A DNA stretch of 64,000 bases. It comes from Amoebidium appalachense (Eukaryota > Protista > Ichthyosporea). The translations under genes and the position numbers were made by a program. Below the pieces are notes generated by a model that saw nothing but the letters and a program-made list of their open reading frames with translations, did not search any database and was not told where the DNA came from. Below, one piece after another: positions 18,399 through 53,231 of the stretch (its first letter is position 1; the number at the start of each line of letters is the position of its first letter). The stretch is taken from assembly GCA_963693365.1 (NCBI GenBank), contig CAVNZM010000005.1:6888210-6952209 (forward strand), in the 5' to 3' direction.

Positions 18399-19035
18399 AC
18401 ACCACACACCACCCTCCCACCCACAAAACCCACCCACACAAAAAAAAAGATAACAGAACCTGTGGCATAACGTACGATCCTCCCTTAGAAATAACCACAT
18501 CTAACCCACTCATTATTCGCAGTCCATTCGTCACGATACCACACACACGGACACGGACTCGAACACAAATACAAACACACACACACACATCTCTCTCTTC
18601 CCATTTTCTTACATACTGGTAAACGCATAGACGAATAAAGACACACACACGACACACACACACACACACACACACAAATCCGTAAACAAACATGCACACT
18701 GAAAATTCTAACACCCCTCTCCTCTCCCCTCCCTGTAAGGCACAGACAAACACTCGGGACAAGCACATCCCCCTCCCCCCCTCCCCTCCCCCCCCCCCTC
18801 CCAAAAAAAAAAAAAAAAAAAAAAAAGAAAAACAAACAAACAAACAAACACATAGACAAAACACACACAGGCACACACCACACACACACACACACAGACA
18901 CACACACACGCGCACACACCTGTTCCAGTTGATGACGTTTACATCCCCGTCGTGTGCTGTGACGGTCAGGGCCGGTGCCTGCCTCTTTCGTGCGTCCCAG
19001 ATGCGGATGGTCTTGTCCACACTGCACGAGGCAAA

Positions 19036-19105
<70 letters not shown>

Positions 19106-19254
19106 CGTCTATGTGTGTGTGTGTGTGTGAGCGAGTGAGTGAGTGAGCGAGCGAGTGAGTGAGTGAGTGAGTGTGTGTGTGCTGTGTGAGCGAGTGCCTG
19201 TGTTTGGGTTTACTTTTTATTTTTCATCATTCTTTTTCCCTTTTTTCCTTTTTT

Positions 19255-19289
<35 letters not shown>

Positions 19290-19349
19290 CTCCCTTTTTT
19301 TTTGGTGGTGGTGGTGGAGGAACGGGAGAGGGGGAAGGGAGAAGGGGAA

Positions 19350-19387
<38 letters not shown>

Positions 19388-20222
19388 TGTTATCATTCGG
19401 TTTGGTAGAACGTGAAGGTGAAATCCGGTGGTAGAAGTGTGCATGTCTCCATATAAATTTGTGGAACACAAATACGAAACCATTACCCCCTCCTCCCCCC
19501 GTGCGTCCCTACCCCGTTCCCTCATACAACACATTCCCATCACCCCTCCCCAACCGACACTATGCATCCCCGTTTCTGGTCCCCCCTCTCTCCTCAGCCC
19601 CTCCCTCCCCCCATCCCCCCACCTCCTCCCATCCCTTCCCCTCTCCCCCCCTCCCCCCCCCCTTCCTCCCCTGCCCCCTCCCTCCCTCCTTCCCAACCCC
19701 CCCTCCTCTCCCTTCCCCCCCTCCCTCCCCTCCTTCTTCCCCTTCCCCCTCCCCTCTCTCCCAACATAACAAAAGAAAAACCCCCACGCACGCACACACA
19801 CACGTACGTTAGCCTCCGAGGGACTCCACTGTATGTCCTCCACGCTAGCCTCATGGCCGTTGTAGGGCACCTTGTTCACGGCCCAGCTGCCTGCCTCCGT
19901 GGGGTCCCACACGTAGATGTGCTTGCGGCAGTCACCACTGGCAAACCTGGTGGGCCAAATGCGTTATAACTAGAGCAGGTGTTCTGTTTACAGAACAGGT
20001 CTTGGTTGTTTCATTGATAGGACCGGGCATACCACTAATAGAACAGGCAATCGTCGCTTGCGGATAACACGGGTTCAACAGACATGGCCGTTATTGCTAT
20101 CACCTATACCATCTGGCAATCACATACATACGCCAAACATGCAACACCCCCCCCCCCCCCCCCTTCCCCCGTCCCCCCATTCAGCAAGAATGCCTGTGCC
20201 GTTCTCAACCCGTCGAACCCCC

Positions 20223-20253
<31 letters not shown>

Positions 20254-20358
20254 CACCCATCCGTCCCCTGCCTGTCTGCCTACACCAAAATGCAAGGATG
20301 GAGGGCATTATAACTGCTTGACGTGTGCCTGTGCAAGTAGTGAGGGGAAGGTGTGTGT

Positions 20359-20389
<31 letters not shown>

Positions 20390-20412
20390 GGGAGGGGGAG
20401 AGAGAGAGAGAG

Positions 20413-20443
<31 letters not shown>

Positions 20444-20612
20444 GGAGAGAGGGGGGCTCAAGCTACCTGCCGGGAACTTTCGGGGACCAATCAAGAGCAA
20501 AACCTTCGGTGCCGTGGCCCGAAAATGTGTAAAGGGGGTCCATGGTGCTGGAGGGAGGGGCTGCTGGAGGGGTGTCCAGGGCGGCAACGTGTGCGCTAAC
20601 ATCGTACATGCT

Positions 20613-20682
<70 letters not shown>

Positions 20683-21987
20683 CGAGTGTCAATGAGAAAT
20701 GACAAAGTTAGGTCCAGAACAGGCAGAGAGAATAGTTTTCAAAGCAAGAGACCACACAAGGGCCCGGAGCCTGTGATTCACGTGTATGCAAATGCGTACG
20801 TGCGGTTAAAGGTATGTGTGTTTGTGCAAGCATTTCCGTGCATATGCACACATGTAAATGTAAACATGTGTTTATATGTGATTATGTAGGTACGTGTGTT
20901 CAGTGTATGTGAGCATAAAGAATGGTTTAGGTGGTTATGTAGGCACAAGATGTGTTCGTGCGCACATGTGTATGTGTGCATGTAAGTATGCATGTAGGTG
21001 TACATTTTCATCTGCGCGCACGTATATACGTGTCCATATAGGGGTTTGTATAGGCGTACATACACACACATGCGCCTGAAAAATATTAACATACAGCACC
21101 GAAACGCATGCATACACGTGCACATATTGTACACGGTCACATGCCCATATGCACGGCACCCACCCCTTGCCCATGCTGCCACCATCCCAGCATTTGTAAG
21201 GGTTGACCCTAGCCCTGTTGAAGCCCCCCTCCCCCCCCCCCCCCCCCTCCCCCCTCCTCCCCCCCCCCCCTAAAAAAAAAGCACACACGCACGTTAATCA
21301 CGCACACGCACACGCACACGCACACCAACACCCACACACCGTCATTTTCACACACAACTTGCCCGTATCGGCCCAGACAGCCACTATCCCAGCATCGTGG
21401 GGTTATCCCTAACCCTCTTTACCCCCCTGCCCCCCTCCCCCCAGCCTCCCTCCCCCCTCTCCGGTCCCCAAAACACCCACGTGCCCGTCTACTCACATAA
21501 ATAAACCCGCATATACACGTCCACACACACCTTGCCTGTATCTGCCCAGACAGCCACCATGCCAGCGTTGTGGGGGTTAACCCTGACCCTCTCCCCCACC
21601 CCCCCCCAAAAAAAAAGTCTCTCGCGTACACATCCACATCCATTTTCATACGTACCTTGCCCGTATCTGCCCACACGGCCACTATGCCTGCATTGTGGGG
21701 GTTAACCCTGACCCTGTTAACCCCGCCATAGTGTTTGATGTATCTCGTCTCCAGCAGAGGGTCATCGTCAGTGGCCTCTTCGTCACTCTCCTCCCCGTCT
21801 GTACGTGCGCGTGATGTTGGTTCATGAGCATCAAAATACCCCCCCCCCCCCCCCCCCCCCCCCCCGGGGCCCCCCTTCCTCCCCAAAATATGAACCCCCC
21901 CTCCCCCCTCGCCTCCCCACCCCGGGCACTCTCGCTCTTCCCCACCGAACCTCCCTACATACACACGCACACCCCTTCCACCCCCAG

Positions 21988-22031
<44 letters not shown>

Positions 22032-22347
22032 CCGCGGGGCGTACCCCCTTTATCTCCATCTCCCCTTCCCCCCCTCCCCCTCTCTCCCGTCCCAACGCAC
22101 ACATACACACGGCCCCACTCTCCAGGACATGAACATGGGAGAACAGAGCCAGGGGGGAGACTAGAGGACGGAGAGGGCGGGGGAGGGGGGAGGGATACAC
22201 CAAGAGACCAACCGGTTGTTGCGAAAAATGCAGTTGACCCCCCCCCCCCCCCCCTCCCCCCAAACACACACACATCCCTCCCCTTCTCACACCCCCACCC
22301 GTACACCGACACAACAACCTGCCTTTATGTCAGTCGTACAACCATAA

Positions 22348-22378
<31 letters not shown>

Positions 22379-22765
22379 CTTCCTACTCTCATGCCTCTCT
22401 CTCCGCTCCAATGGCTAGCCCAGGCCCTACCCTTCAAACCCCCCCCACCCTCCTCCACCCCCACACACTACCTCCCCTGCGCGCTCCCTCAATCCTCTCT
22501 CTCTCTCTCTCTCCCTCCCTCCCCCTCCCCTCTCTCCCCCCATAGGCATAGAAATGAGGAGCCATCCCCCTTACCGCTATTGTCGTCAAACATCGTTTTG
22601 TGCATTTGCGACATTTTGAGAAGAAGAAGTTTGTTGTTTGGCGCCTTGTCTGCCTGTGTGCCTGCAACTGCATACATCGTCATGGGGAACTGTGTGCGTG
22701 TGTGCGTGTGCGTGTGTGTGTACGTGTGTGTGTGTGTGTACGTGTGTGTGTACGTGTGCGTGTGT

Positions 22766-22832
<67 letters not shown>

Positions 22833-25800
22833 TGTGTGTGTGAATTTGTGTTTGTGTGTGGGCTGTGTGTGTGTGTGCGCGCGCGTGCATACGTGTGTTA
22901 ACGTGTGCATGTGGGTGGACAGTGTGGATGCAAGAGTGAGAAAGGAGAGGGGCGGAGGGGGGAGAGGGAGAGAGTGAGAGGGAGAGAGAGAGAGAGATAG
23001 AGAGAGAAAGAGAGAGAGAACGAGACGGGCGGGGGGGGCAGGGGGAAGGGGAGAGGGAGAGAGAGCGAGAGAGAGAACGAGAAGGGGGGGAGGAAGGGGA
23101 GTGTATGTGTATGTAAGCGAGCGTGTGTGTGTTGTGTGTGTGTGTGTATGTGTGTGTGTGTGCGCGACAGCATATGTGCGTGTGTGTCACAGCACGTGCA
23201 TATTGATTAGCGGCCGCGGTTGCGGTAGAAAAGAGAAAGAAGAAGTTGAAGCCGGTTAGTTCCTATACCAACACCGGATCATTTGCACAATGTCTCTGGG
23301 TGATTGTCGTGTGCGAAGAAAAGGAAAAAGGGGGGGAAAGGCACATGGGGGGGGAAAGGGGTGTTACAGTACAAAACACAACCCTCCCCTTCTTCCCCCC
23401 CCCCCCCCCCCCCCCCCCCCCACACGGCTCATAGTACCCCAGAGCACCACCCACCATCAGTGTGCATTTGTTACTCAAATGCCAACCCGAACCGGTTCAT
23501 CTTGCTGCCCGCCCGCCCCCCCCCCCTCTCCTTCCCCCCCTCGCCCCCCCCCCCCCTTTCCCCTCCATAACAACTTCTATCCATCTTAGCACGCCCCAGC
23601 TCTTCCCCCTCCTCCCCCACTTCACTCTCACACCTCTCACCTTCATCCTTCCATTCTCCACATCTCGTTTTCAGACTACCACAACCCCTTCAAATCCCCT
23701 CCCCCCTTCCCCACCACTACTATCCCCTTCCCCTTCAACTACCCCCCATCCCTCCTTCTCCCCTCCATCTTTCCCCGTACCCACACCCCGTGGGTTCATC
23801 TCCCTCTCTCCTCTCCCTCCATTTACCTCCCGACCCATCACATCCCACCCCTCCTCCCACCCCCCCGTAACTCCGCCCACCCACCCACCCACACCTACAC
23901 ATACCCTCCCACACCCCTCGTTTCCCCCCCCTCCCATCCCTTTACTGTGCCCATCCCCCCCCCCCCCCCCTCCCCCCACCCATCCCCTCCCCCCACCCCC
24001 CAAAAAACCCCCTCCCCCCTCCCCCCCTCCACCCCCCCTGTCCCAAACACACACATCAGGCCCCCCTCCCTCTCCCCCCCACACACACCCACCTTCTCCC
24101 TGTTGTCGCCCAGCAGGTCAGGGATGATATCAAACGACAGGCACGGCCACTCCACGTTGATCGAGTGCAGCATGTGGTATGCGCTCTGGTTTGCCTCCAA
24201 TACCTCCCCCTCCTCCAGTTTGTCACCAGGCAGATACGCCCTCACCTCTACTCCCTCCTCCGCTCCGTCATCCATCATCTCTGAGGTGGAAAAAGGGAAA
24301 AAGAGAGAGTGAGAGAAAGAAGGAATGAAAAGAGTATAGAAAAAAAAAACGAAAAGGAAAAAAAAGGGGAGGAATCAGCCATGTGTGCTCATCAACACTG
24401 CCTCCACTCCCTCTTCCCCTTCTTTCCCCTCATCCCCCCCCCCCCCCCCCGGCCCCTCCACAGCTCCGCCCCCCCTCCCCCCGCCCGTTCACAGCCCCCG
24501 CCCCCCTCCCCCTCCCCCCGCCCCCCCGGCAACACCCTCTGCCTCCCCCCAGGTAACAGAAACAGGTTAGAAAAGAAAACACCAACTGCCTGGTGAGCTT
24601 TTGTTTGGTGGCCCTCCCTCCCATCCTACCCCCCTCTCTCCCCCATCCCCCCCACACACACGCCCCATCCCTCCTCCCGCTTTGGTGCATCAACCACCCT
24701 CCCATACAGCTTTAAAGAGGGTAGAACTCGTGCCAATAATGACTCCAACCTTCTCCCCCCCTCCCCCCCCCCCCCCCCACTTTGTTTTTTAAAGATGACC
24801 GAACCCTGTCCCCTCCTCCCCCTCCCGGTTTGCCCTGTCTTCATCCCTTCCTTCCCCTTCCCTCCCCCCAACCCCTTCTCCCCCACCCCACCCTCACCGC
24901 CACACACGTACATACGTAACACACCCTACACAACCCCCTGCCACCACACCTGCTCTAACACTTGAACCCACCTGTGTCCTCATCCTCCCCCTCCTCACCA
25001 TCTGCCTCTCCCATCTCTGCGTCCTCCTCCTCAAACTCATCCTCCCATGGGTCCTCGAACTCACCCATCTCCCCATCCACTACTCCCCCGCCTGCGAATG
25101 ACCGTCAGTGTGTGTGTGTGTGTGTGCGTGTGTGTGCGCGCGAGAAAGGCGGAGGAGGGGCCGGCGGGAGGATGTGTGTTTTTGTGTGTGTGGGGGGGGG
25201 AGAGAGGGTTTGTGTGTGTGTGTGTGTGTGTGTGTGCACGCGTGTGTGCGTGTATGTTTGTGTGTGTGTTAGTGTGTTAGTGTGTGTGTGAGTGTGTGAG
25301 TGAGTGAGTGAGTGAGTGAGTGTGTGTGTGTGTGTGTGTGTTTGTGTGTGCGTGTACGTGTGCGCGAATGCACGCACGTGTGTGTACAACTGGCGCACCT
25401 GACTCCACGTTCCTAAACAATAAACATAGGGAAAAAACACACCAATTAACACGAGCACACGTCACAAGTATTCACACGAACGTAGATTATTATGAAACGT
25501 GAAATAGAAGTAGAGCGCTCACGTGTTACTTCATGTGAAACACCCCATACACACATCATAGCGCCATATACATTCAAAAGGAGCAGGCACACAGAAGCAC
25601 GCACACAAGCATGCACACAAGGACAACCACAACCAAACCTGCATGCTTACGTCCCAGAAACGTAATACAACACGTGCACGTACACGTCTATCCATCTACG
25701 CGCCAAGCGCGCGCACATACACTCCTTGCCAGTCAACCACACAGACAATTGCCCAGTCATCGACCCACATTGTCCAGCACACAACGACATGGATAGTCAA

Positions 25801-25877
25801 ACCGCACACAGAAACCGCAAACACGTACCCTTGACGGGGCGCTCGTGCTCCTCCTCTTCAATTATGCGCTTGCTCAT
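15002..25877 (-). CDS. GRWD1: Glutamate-rich WD40 ribosome-assembly protein (GRWD1/Rrb1), ~12 exons
   Basis: Exons in order: 25877-25829 ([10 protein letters not shown]), ~25091-24972 ([12 protein letters not shown]), ~24280-24093 ([21 protein letters not shown]), ~22689-22575 ([13 protein letters not shown]), ~21798-21656 (HYGGVNRVR), ~20615-20468 ([13 protein letters not shown]), ~19946-19808 ([15 protein letters not shown]), 19038-18920 ([15 protein letters not shown]), ~18005-17932 ([14 protein letters not shown]), ~16926-16815 ([15 protein letters not shown]), ~16027-15952 (PPQLLFIHQ), ~15105-15002 ([11 protein letters not shown]...[10 protein letters not shown]). Confidence 0.95.
21165..21590 (-). 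repeat. Three diverged tandem copies of the 3' end of GRWD1 exon 5
   Basis: Copies of [20 protein letters not shown] at 21531-21590 (retains GT donor), 21358-21416 (1-nt deletion) and ~21165-21220 (degenerate). Confidence 0.85.
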
Positions 25878-27240
25878 TTTCCCTGTTTGTGCTTTACGCA
25901 GGCACTGCTTGAGTCTACTAAATAATTTCTAGTTGTGACCGTTCGCCTATACTTGCTATGCGCCTACGCGTACGTCCAAAGTGACGAGCCTGTGCACACG
26001 TGCACAGGAAGAGTCAGGCACACTCGTCACCTAGATCACCATATTTTTACTGAGCCCCAAATTTGCACATATTCGGTACGACTCATATTACTAGGGTGGG
26101 CTGAAAACTGTTGAGCCCCATCAGTTGTAATCAGGGGGGTCTAGTGGTGCCATTTTAACCAATCACATTTTACCGGCCCAGAGAGACTGGAGAGTCGCTA
26201 TTGGGGGGGGGGGGGGGGGCTTCACAGCTGGCAGCCAGCGGGCCATAGCTCACTGACATGCTGCACAGAGCTTGAAATAGGCTAATGTTTTGAAAAAACA
26301 AAAAACAAGCCTTTGCACACTTGTATGTGATTATACTTTATTTCTGGTTGTAGCTGCCTCACTTGGAGTCCGGCAGTACTATCTAATTGTTTTTGAACAT
26401 GATGGCGACAGCAGCTGGCCGTAGCCTGGCATAACAAGTACAATAGGCTGCTCTTTTTAAGGACCAGTGCGGTACTGTACTGAGCTCAGGAGGATTCGAG
26501 GCTTCGGCGGTTTTGAAACGGCAAACCGTTAAACTATTATTACCGTTACACGGGCCTGACATTTGCCTGATCAATTGAATTGTGTTGCGGGGGCTTATGC
26601 ATAGATATGCAAGACAGTTTATGCACCGGAAAGATCAATGGTGGACAGCCAGTGGGCTGATCCAAGTGTTCAAAGAAGTTACATAGGGAAAGCCAAGTGG
26701 ATTATATGGGGCATATTACACCCCACAAACTGCAAACACAAGTCAGGTAGTGGCAACACACCGCATGATGCCCAAGAAGGCTGTGTTGTAATGAACTGCA
26801 CATTTCTGCTAATGATCAAGCTGAAGTGTTTGTGAAACTGTGGGACGCGGGCCGCCAGGCCGTGCCGGCTACAACTGCGCATCCTGTCTTCACTATAATG
26901 GTGGTGATAGGAAAGTCGTATTCTGAGTGTGTGTGTGTGGGGGGGGGGGGGGGGGGGGGGGGGGAGGGAGGGCGGAAAAGATGGACGAGACACACAGACT
27001 GAGAGAGCAGAGAACATTCATTAATGGGTCATGGTAGCGGCACAGGGCCCCCATGCTACGTCACCAGGGCTATTCATATCAGCAGCACTGTACAGGTCAT
27101 CTTAATATTTCTGCCCCCACCCACCGGGCAGTTACGCCACGGCCGAGCAGGAACATATGCAAAGCCACAAGCAGTTTCCGGTTGCAAAACTGCAGCAGCC
27201 ATGCGCTGTGACACTCATTTTTTGAGTAAAACAGAATAAC

Positions 27241-28916
27241 TTAGACCTTCTCCTCCTTCACGCCATCCTTGAAGAAGATGAAGAAGGGGGTGATGCCGTC
27301 ATCGCGGTAGTTCATGAGGACCACCATGCCCTCGGGGTTCATGCTCTCACCCGTGAAGAACTGGTAGTCACCGAAGTTGCCCAGAATCTTCTTAACCACG
27401 GGCTGAATACCCTTCATGAAGGGGTCCACACGGTCGGGCTTCTTCTCAGACAGGTAGGTCTTGAGCGACTTCATGTAGTCCTGCACAAAGGTGTATTAGC
27501 CCACCAGATTCTCCGCCACGCCCATGAATTTTCGCGCAAGTGCTGTACTGTCAGGAAAGTGCTGATGCTGACATCTTCCCCCCCCCCCCCCTCATAGAGA
27601 AACTACGATGCCTCCCTCCACACGAGTACACAGTGCCCTAACAGAAACACCACAACACAAAACACTGGGTGACAGACTAGGTTTAGCAGCCCAAGTGTGG
27701 CCTTGTAACATATCACTCTAAACCAGCCCCATTGAACCTTTCACAATCCAAGGCGCCAACCGTTCCCCTCCCGCCCCCCAAAAAAACGATACGCCCCTTC
27801 CGCACCCCCGTGCCATAACTCCGCCGACCACATCTGTACCCTCCCTCCACCCCAATCCGAGCACCTCCCGGCTCCAAAAATATCTAGAGGCACCCGTACC
27901 TTGATGTAGGCGGTGTAGGACTTCTTGTCATAGGGCACCTCCTGCAGCTGGTGGCTGTGCACGATGTTAATGACCTTGGCCACAGAGTCGGCGGCACCCT
28001 CGTCCTCACCACCCTCGGCGGAGGCGTTGCCACCGATGAGGGACTCATCAATGCCGCCGCCAACGTCGATCAAACGGCCGTCGACCTCATAGTACATATC
28101 ATCGATGAGCTTGGGCTGCGGGGGGGAAGCAGTGTGAGACTCAAAGAAAAAAGAACAAGACACAAACCATTCGCCGCGCTCTTGCCGGCTCCGCCCCCCC
28201 CCCCCCCCCCCCCCCCCCCCCAAAAGGGGGGGAACACCATACAACACACACTCACCTCACACACAACACTTTTCAAGCGCCAACAATTCCCCAGATAGCG
28301 ACACAAAGGAGCCCGTTATTCTTCTCTGACCAAGAATACTTTTCAAACCTCCTCACACGACCCTCATAACAAGACCCAAACCGTCACACACAACCCTCAC
28401 AATGCCCACATAAGCACGCCAAGCCTTAACCACAAACAGTATGAGTGTGGTACACAGTTCCTCGCAAGTTCTATGCAAGCAAAAAAAAAAAAATAACGGG
28501 GGTAATTACCTCGTAGCTGTCACTGAACAGCTCGTCACCTGAGAGGGGGGGAAACGAGAGAAATTGGTTAGCACTACAACTTGCCAGATTGATGTGGATA
28601 TTTGAGTTGAACAACTGCTGCCGGATGTGTTCGATATTACCGTTAGCCGTAAACTGTGTGCTAATTAGAATGGACACCGTATGAATATCGCCCATAGCGA
28701 CTGGAAGCGAAAAACCACAACAGGTACGCTATGTCCAGAGTCCGTATATGTGGGCTTTCAACCCTCATCGCACTAAGCTTTCAGTCACCCTGAAAGAAGG
28801 GAAGTTCTGCGCTAAGATGACTCCTAACATAAAACAGCAAGGATGGCTCGGATAACGAGTGGATGCAGCCGGATGGAAGCCGACTCACCGGTGATGACGT
28901 CCTTGTAGATGATCAT
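27241..28916 (-). CDS. TPT1: Translationally controlled tumour protein (TCTP), 4 exons
   Basis: Exons 28916-28889 (MIIYKDVIT), ~28538-28510 (GDELFSDSYE), ~28115-27900 (LIGGNASAEG...VINIVHSHQLQE...DKKSYTAYIK) and 27481-27241 (DYMK...YQFFTGESMNPEGMVVLMNYRDDGITP...FKDG..EEKV*). Strong GC3 bias is consistent with high expression. Confidence 0.97.
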
Positions 28917-28955
28917 TTTCGAAGGAATAAAAGGCGATAAGCGCAAACAATCGAT

Positions 28956-28964
28956 GAAAGAGTG
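28956..28964 (-). promoter_or_regulatory. Candidate TCT/5'TOP start motif of TCTP
   Basis: Minus strand reads CACTCTTTCATCG about 40-50 nt upstream of the ATG. CTCTTTC matches the TCT/5'TOP initiator known for translation-related genes, including animal TPT1. Confidence 0.4.
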
Positions 28965-30380
28965 ACACGGGAACGACGATGCACGTGTACTGAAGCTGCC
29001 ACCGGCGTTCCATGTTCTTTTATACGACACCGGAAAAAATGAAGGAAGAAACTTAAATCGGCTAACGATTGGACGACAAAATGATATCGCCGAATTCTTG
29101 CAACAGCAGTTCCTATTGCTTATTGATTCTGCATGCAACGCAGTGGTTTATAAATGTGAAATCTGTAGGTATTCGGCCAGCCCATGTCGGTTTTTCCTAT
29201 TCTATAAAAATTGTGAACATTTTAGCCATAGAGCTCATTTTAATTTGTTATTGAGGATTGATGCATTAGTATTATACGAGCTCTTTAGGCCATGTGGGAA
29301 GTTCTGGCTACTAACAGCCATGACTCATTCATCTATAACAAAAATTTACATATGTTAACTGACCTTTTCTATTGGTAGAGTGTGCACCAGGCAGTAGAGC
29401 ACCGCGCTCCAGCTCAAGCCATGACTTGCAGACCTCTCTACAGGCAAAAAAAAAAACGTTGACTGCGTTTTAGCTCGCGATCGCATATACACGTTTCGAG
29501 GAGAGGACACAGTAAAGGCATGGACTAGCGGCGTAGGTTTCTTTACTTTACAAAGACGACTGGCTGATGCGTCGACTTCGACTGTTGTGAAATTCGACGA
29601 TGATCGATGCCGCTGGCCCGGGGTCGCGAGCTCGAGATCATAGAAGAAACATGCAGGCCCAAGATGGTAATGTAGATCTTTAAAATTCTCTTCCAAAAAA
29701 TCTGATGCATTAGCCCACAGGGCCACTATTGGCAGTAGCTAGATAGTAGAAAATATATTCATAAAATGTCATTTGAATGACTGCTTCCTATTCTGCGCGC
29801 TCCTACTAGCTACTAATTTTACATCAGCAATGTGTGCATTTTCACCTACAACTGCTATTATGCACCACCACCAACTTTATCGTCATGGATATATACTCAC
29901 AGCATCCGGAGCGGCAGCTGTGTTATATGTGCAAACCCGAACATGGTATATAGAATTAACAAACATGGAACCGTCCTATATTCCTACTTTTCTTTTAGTT
30001 TTATATCATCTGACTGAGACGTCTGCATGTCGTTTGCTTGTTCTCAACATTAATATTTGCCAAATATTCGAAGCCAAAAAAACAAACAAAAAAAGAAGAA
30101 GAAGAAGAAATCGAAGGGGAAAAAAAAGAAGAAAGAAGGCCAGTATGTACGTGGGCCCAGTAATACCTCATACACCACTGAGAAAGGATGCCTCCATTCC
30201 TACGGGGCTCCATTAGAATAAGACACAAAGTTCATTCTCATGCATATGCACACTTTCCCCATGCAAACTTGTTTAAAATTACAGGATCTCGTCCACCTTA
30301 TCCATACACACACACAAAAAAAAAGTCTCCGGGAGAAGATTGTTCGAAAAGGGGAGGACAAGTGTGAGGCCCTGTCTGTG

Positions 30381-30427
<47 letters not shown>

Positions 30428-30538
30428 GGGGAGGGGGAGGGATGAAAGCAAAGCAACGTGTATATATAATATAGCAATATTATCGGAAGCGGTGTTGACA
30501 GGCGAACCTACGGTGTCCCGTGTCAAATCGCATCCTAT

Positions 30539-51351
<20,813 letters not shown>

Positions 51352-52347
51352 CCTGCCTCCCCGCCTCCACTCCGTGCCTTCTGAACGTGCGTGTCCGAAA
51401 CGCCCTAGATCTGTGCGTGCTTGTTTTGCAAGTTAAAACGTGTGACACCTGGGCTTCCCGCCCTTGGTACTGCTAAACCTGTATGTGCTTTTTTTCGTTG
51501 TCAATGCCGGTGAGGTGGCTAAGCGGAGATAATCGTCTGTGATACCGTGTACCCCAAGCCTGCTCTCTCACAACTCTCTAATTATAACTCCGTTCTGTGT
51601 TTTTGTTGCTTTCTTTTGTTGGGACAAATTCCTTGGCGTTTATAGTTGAACCAATAGCTAAATAGCTTTGATGATGGAACCATATTTAGGTCAAGTTCAG
51701 ACGTATCCATTAGATTATGTGTTTTGCCAATCACTAATCAATTTACACATTCCAAACATTCCGACCTTGTGCATCGTCAGCAGTGCCTCGATCAGTCGTG
51801 ACAGCGCAGCGTGACTTTCTCAAAGGGCGAGAACAGGCTGTGAGCAAGGGGCCGGGTTGAACAAAGGCTGGGGGGCAATGCTCAGTGCACTACGTGTGAG
51901 TGTGTTTGTGTGTGTGATTGGATGGCGGAGACGGGGGGGAGGGGAGGGGGAGGGGGGTAGTGGGAGGGCCTGAAAGGCGTGGGCTAGGGCCCATGGGGCA
52001 CAGGCGGGTGTGGCTTCTATGTGGGCATGTCCACCACTGCCTCTCCTAGACCCTGCCCTACCGTAGTCAGCAGGCCCCGATATTGGCTGGAGGGCACAGA
52101 TATAACGTGACCAGGGACTGAATCCCTGTGCAAACACATAAAGGAGTAAGATGACAGAGAATCTCGGCGCAGAGAGATCTGTGGATTCGAGTGGCAAGAT
52201 GACATGTGATCGAAGAAAGTGTTGGTGCTGCTATAAACAGCACATTCTCGTCTGGAATTTATACTGCGCTCTGTGGCCTCCATAACACCTATATGTATGC
52301 ACACACACGCGCAACGCACACACACACACATACACACACACACACGG

Positions 52348-52504
<157 letters not shown>

Positions 52505-53231
52505 CACAGAAACACACGGTTTTACACACGTGTGTGTGTTTTGAGTGTGTTTGGGTGCACATGAGCAAGTGTAGTGACATGTCTGCATGTTCACAAGAAC
52601 TGTGTTGTTCCGTTCAGAGTGTGTCACTATGCCTTTGTGGTCGTGTTATTAATAGGGTCATTGTGTGATTGTGTAACCAGTGTGGCAGGCTCATGTTACA
52701 AAGTCAGTGAAAGTGCTAATACAGGATCATACATACAATAGCTGTGACTCCCATTTCTTGGGACGAGTTCAACATTTTGACAATATACGACTCTATACAT
52801 CCTAAGTAAGGTTGCCTAAGTAACTAAGCTACCTTCATTCGTGACATCTTAATTAACACTAAAAATACAGCTGAGCAATACGCCAGGCTTGGCTTTGAGT
52901 GAAAGATACCAGATGCGCACTAAATACTAGATGCAGATCTTCTAAGCACGACATTTGATTTGATATGATTTCAACCCCGTGGGTGAATCTTTGCGCACAC
53001 ACTCATCTCTCTCATCACTAGTCACTCGCTGCAGGTGAATATATGAGGGAAGCCTTGGCATGGCACGCATGTGGAGTCGTGTTGTATAATATGATCGTGT
53101 GTCTGTGACAAACAATATGTTTATAAATGAACGGGGTTGACTAGACCACGCTTTGCTTAGTTACGTGCTAGTCCTACTTACACCTAGTAAGCCGAGCACA
53201 CTGAGTGAGCTCTGAAGCCCCCGACATGCCC

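Noticed and set aside
28858-28868. CTGCATCCACT resembling the start of human SNORA31 as I recall it
   Set aside because: Only 11 nt, from memory, and the closing stem is absent; likely coincidence.
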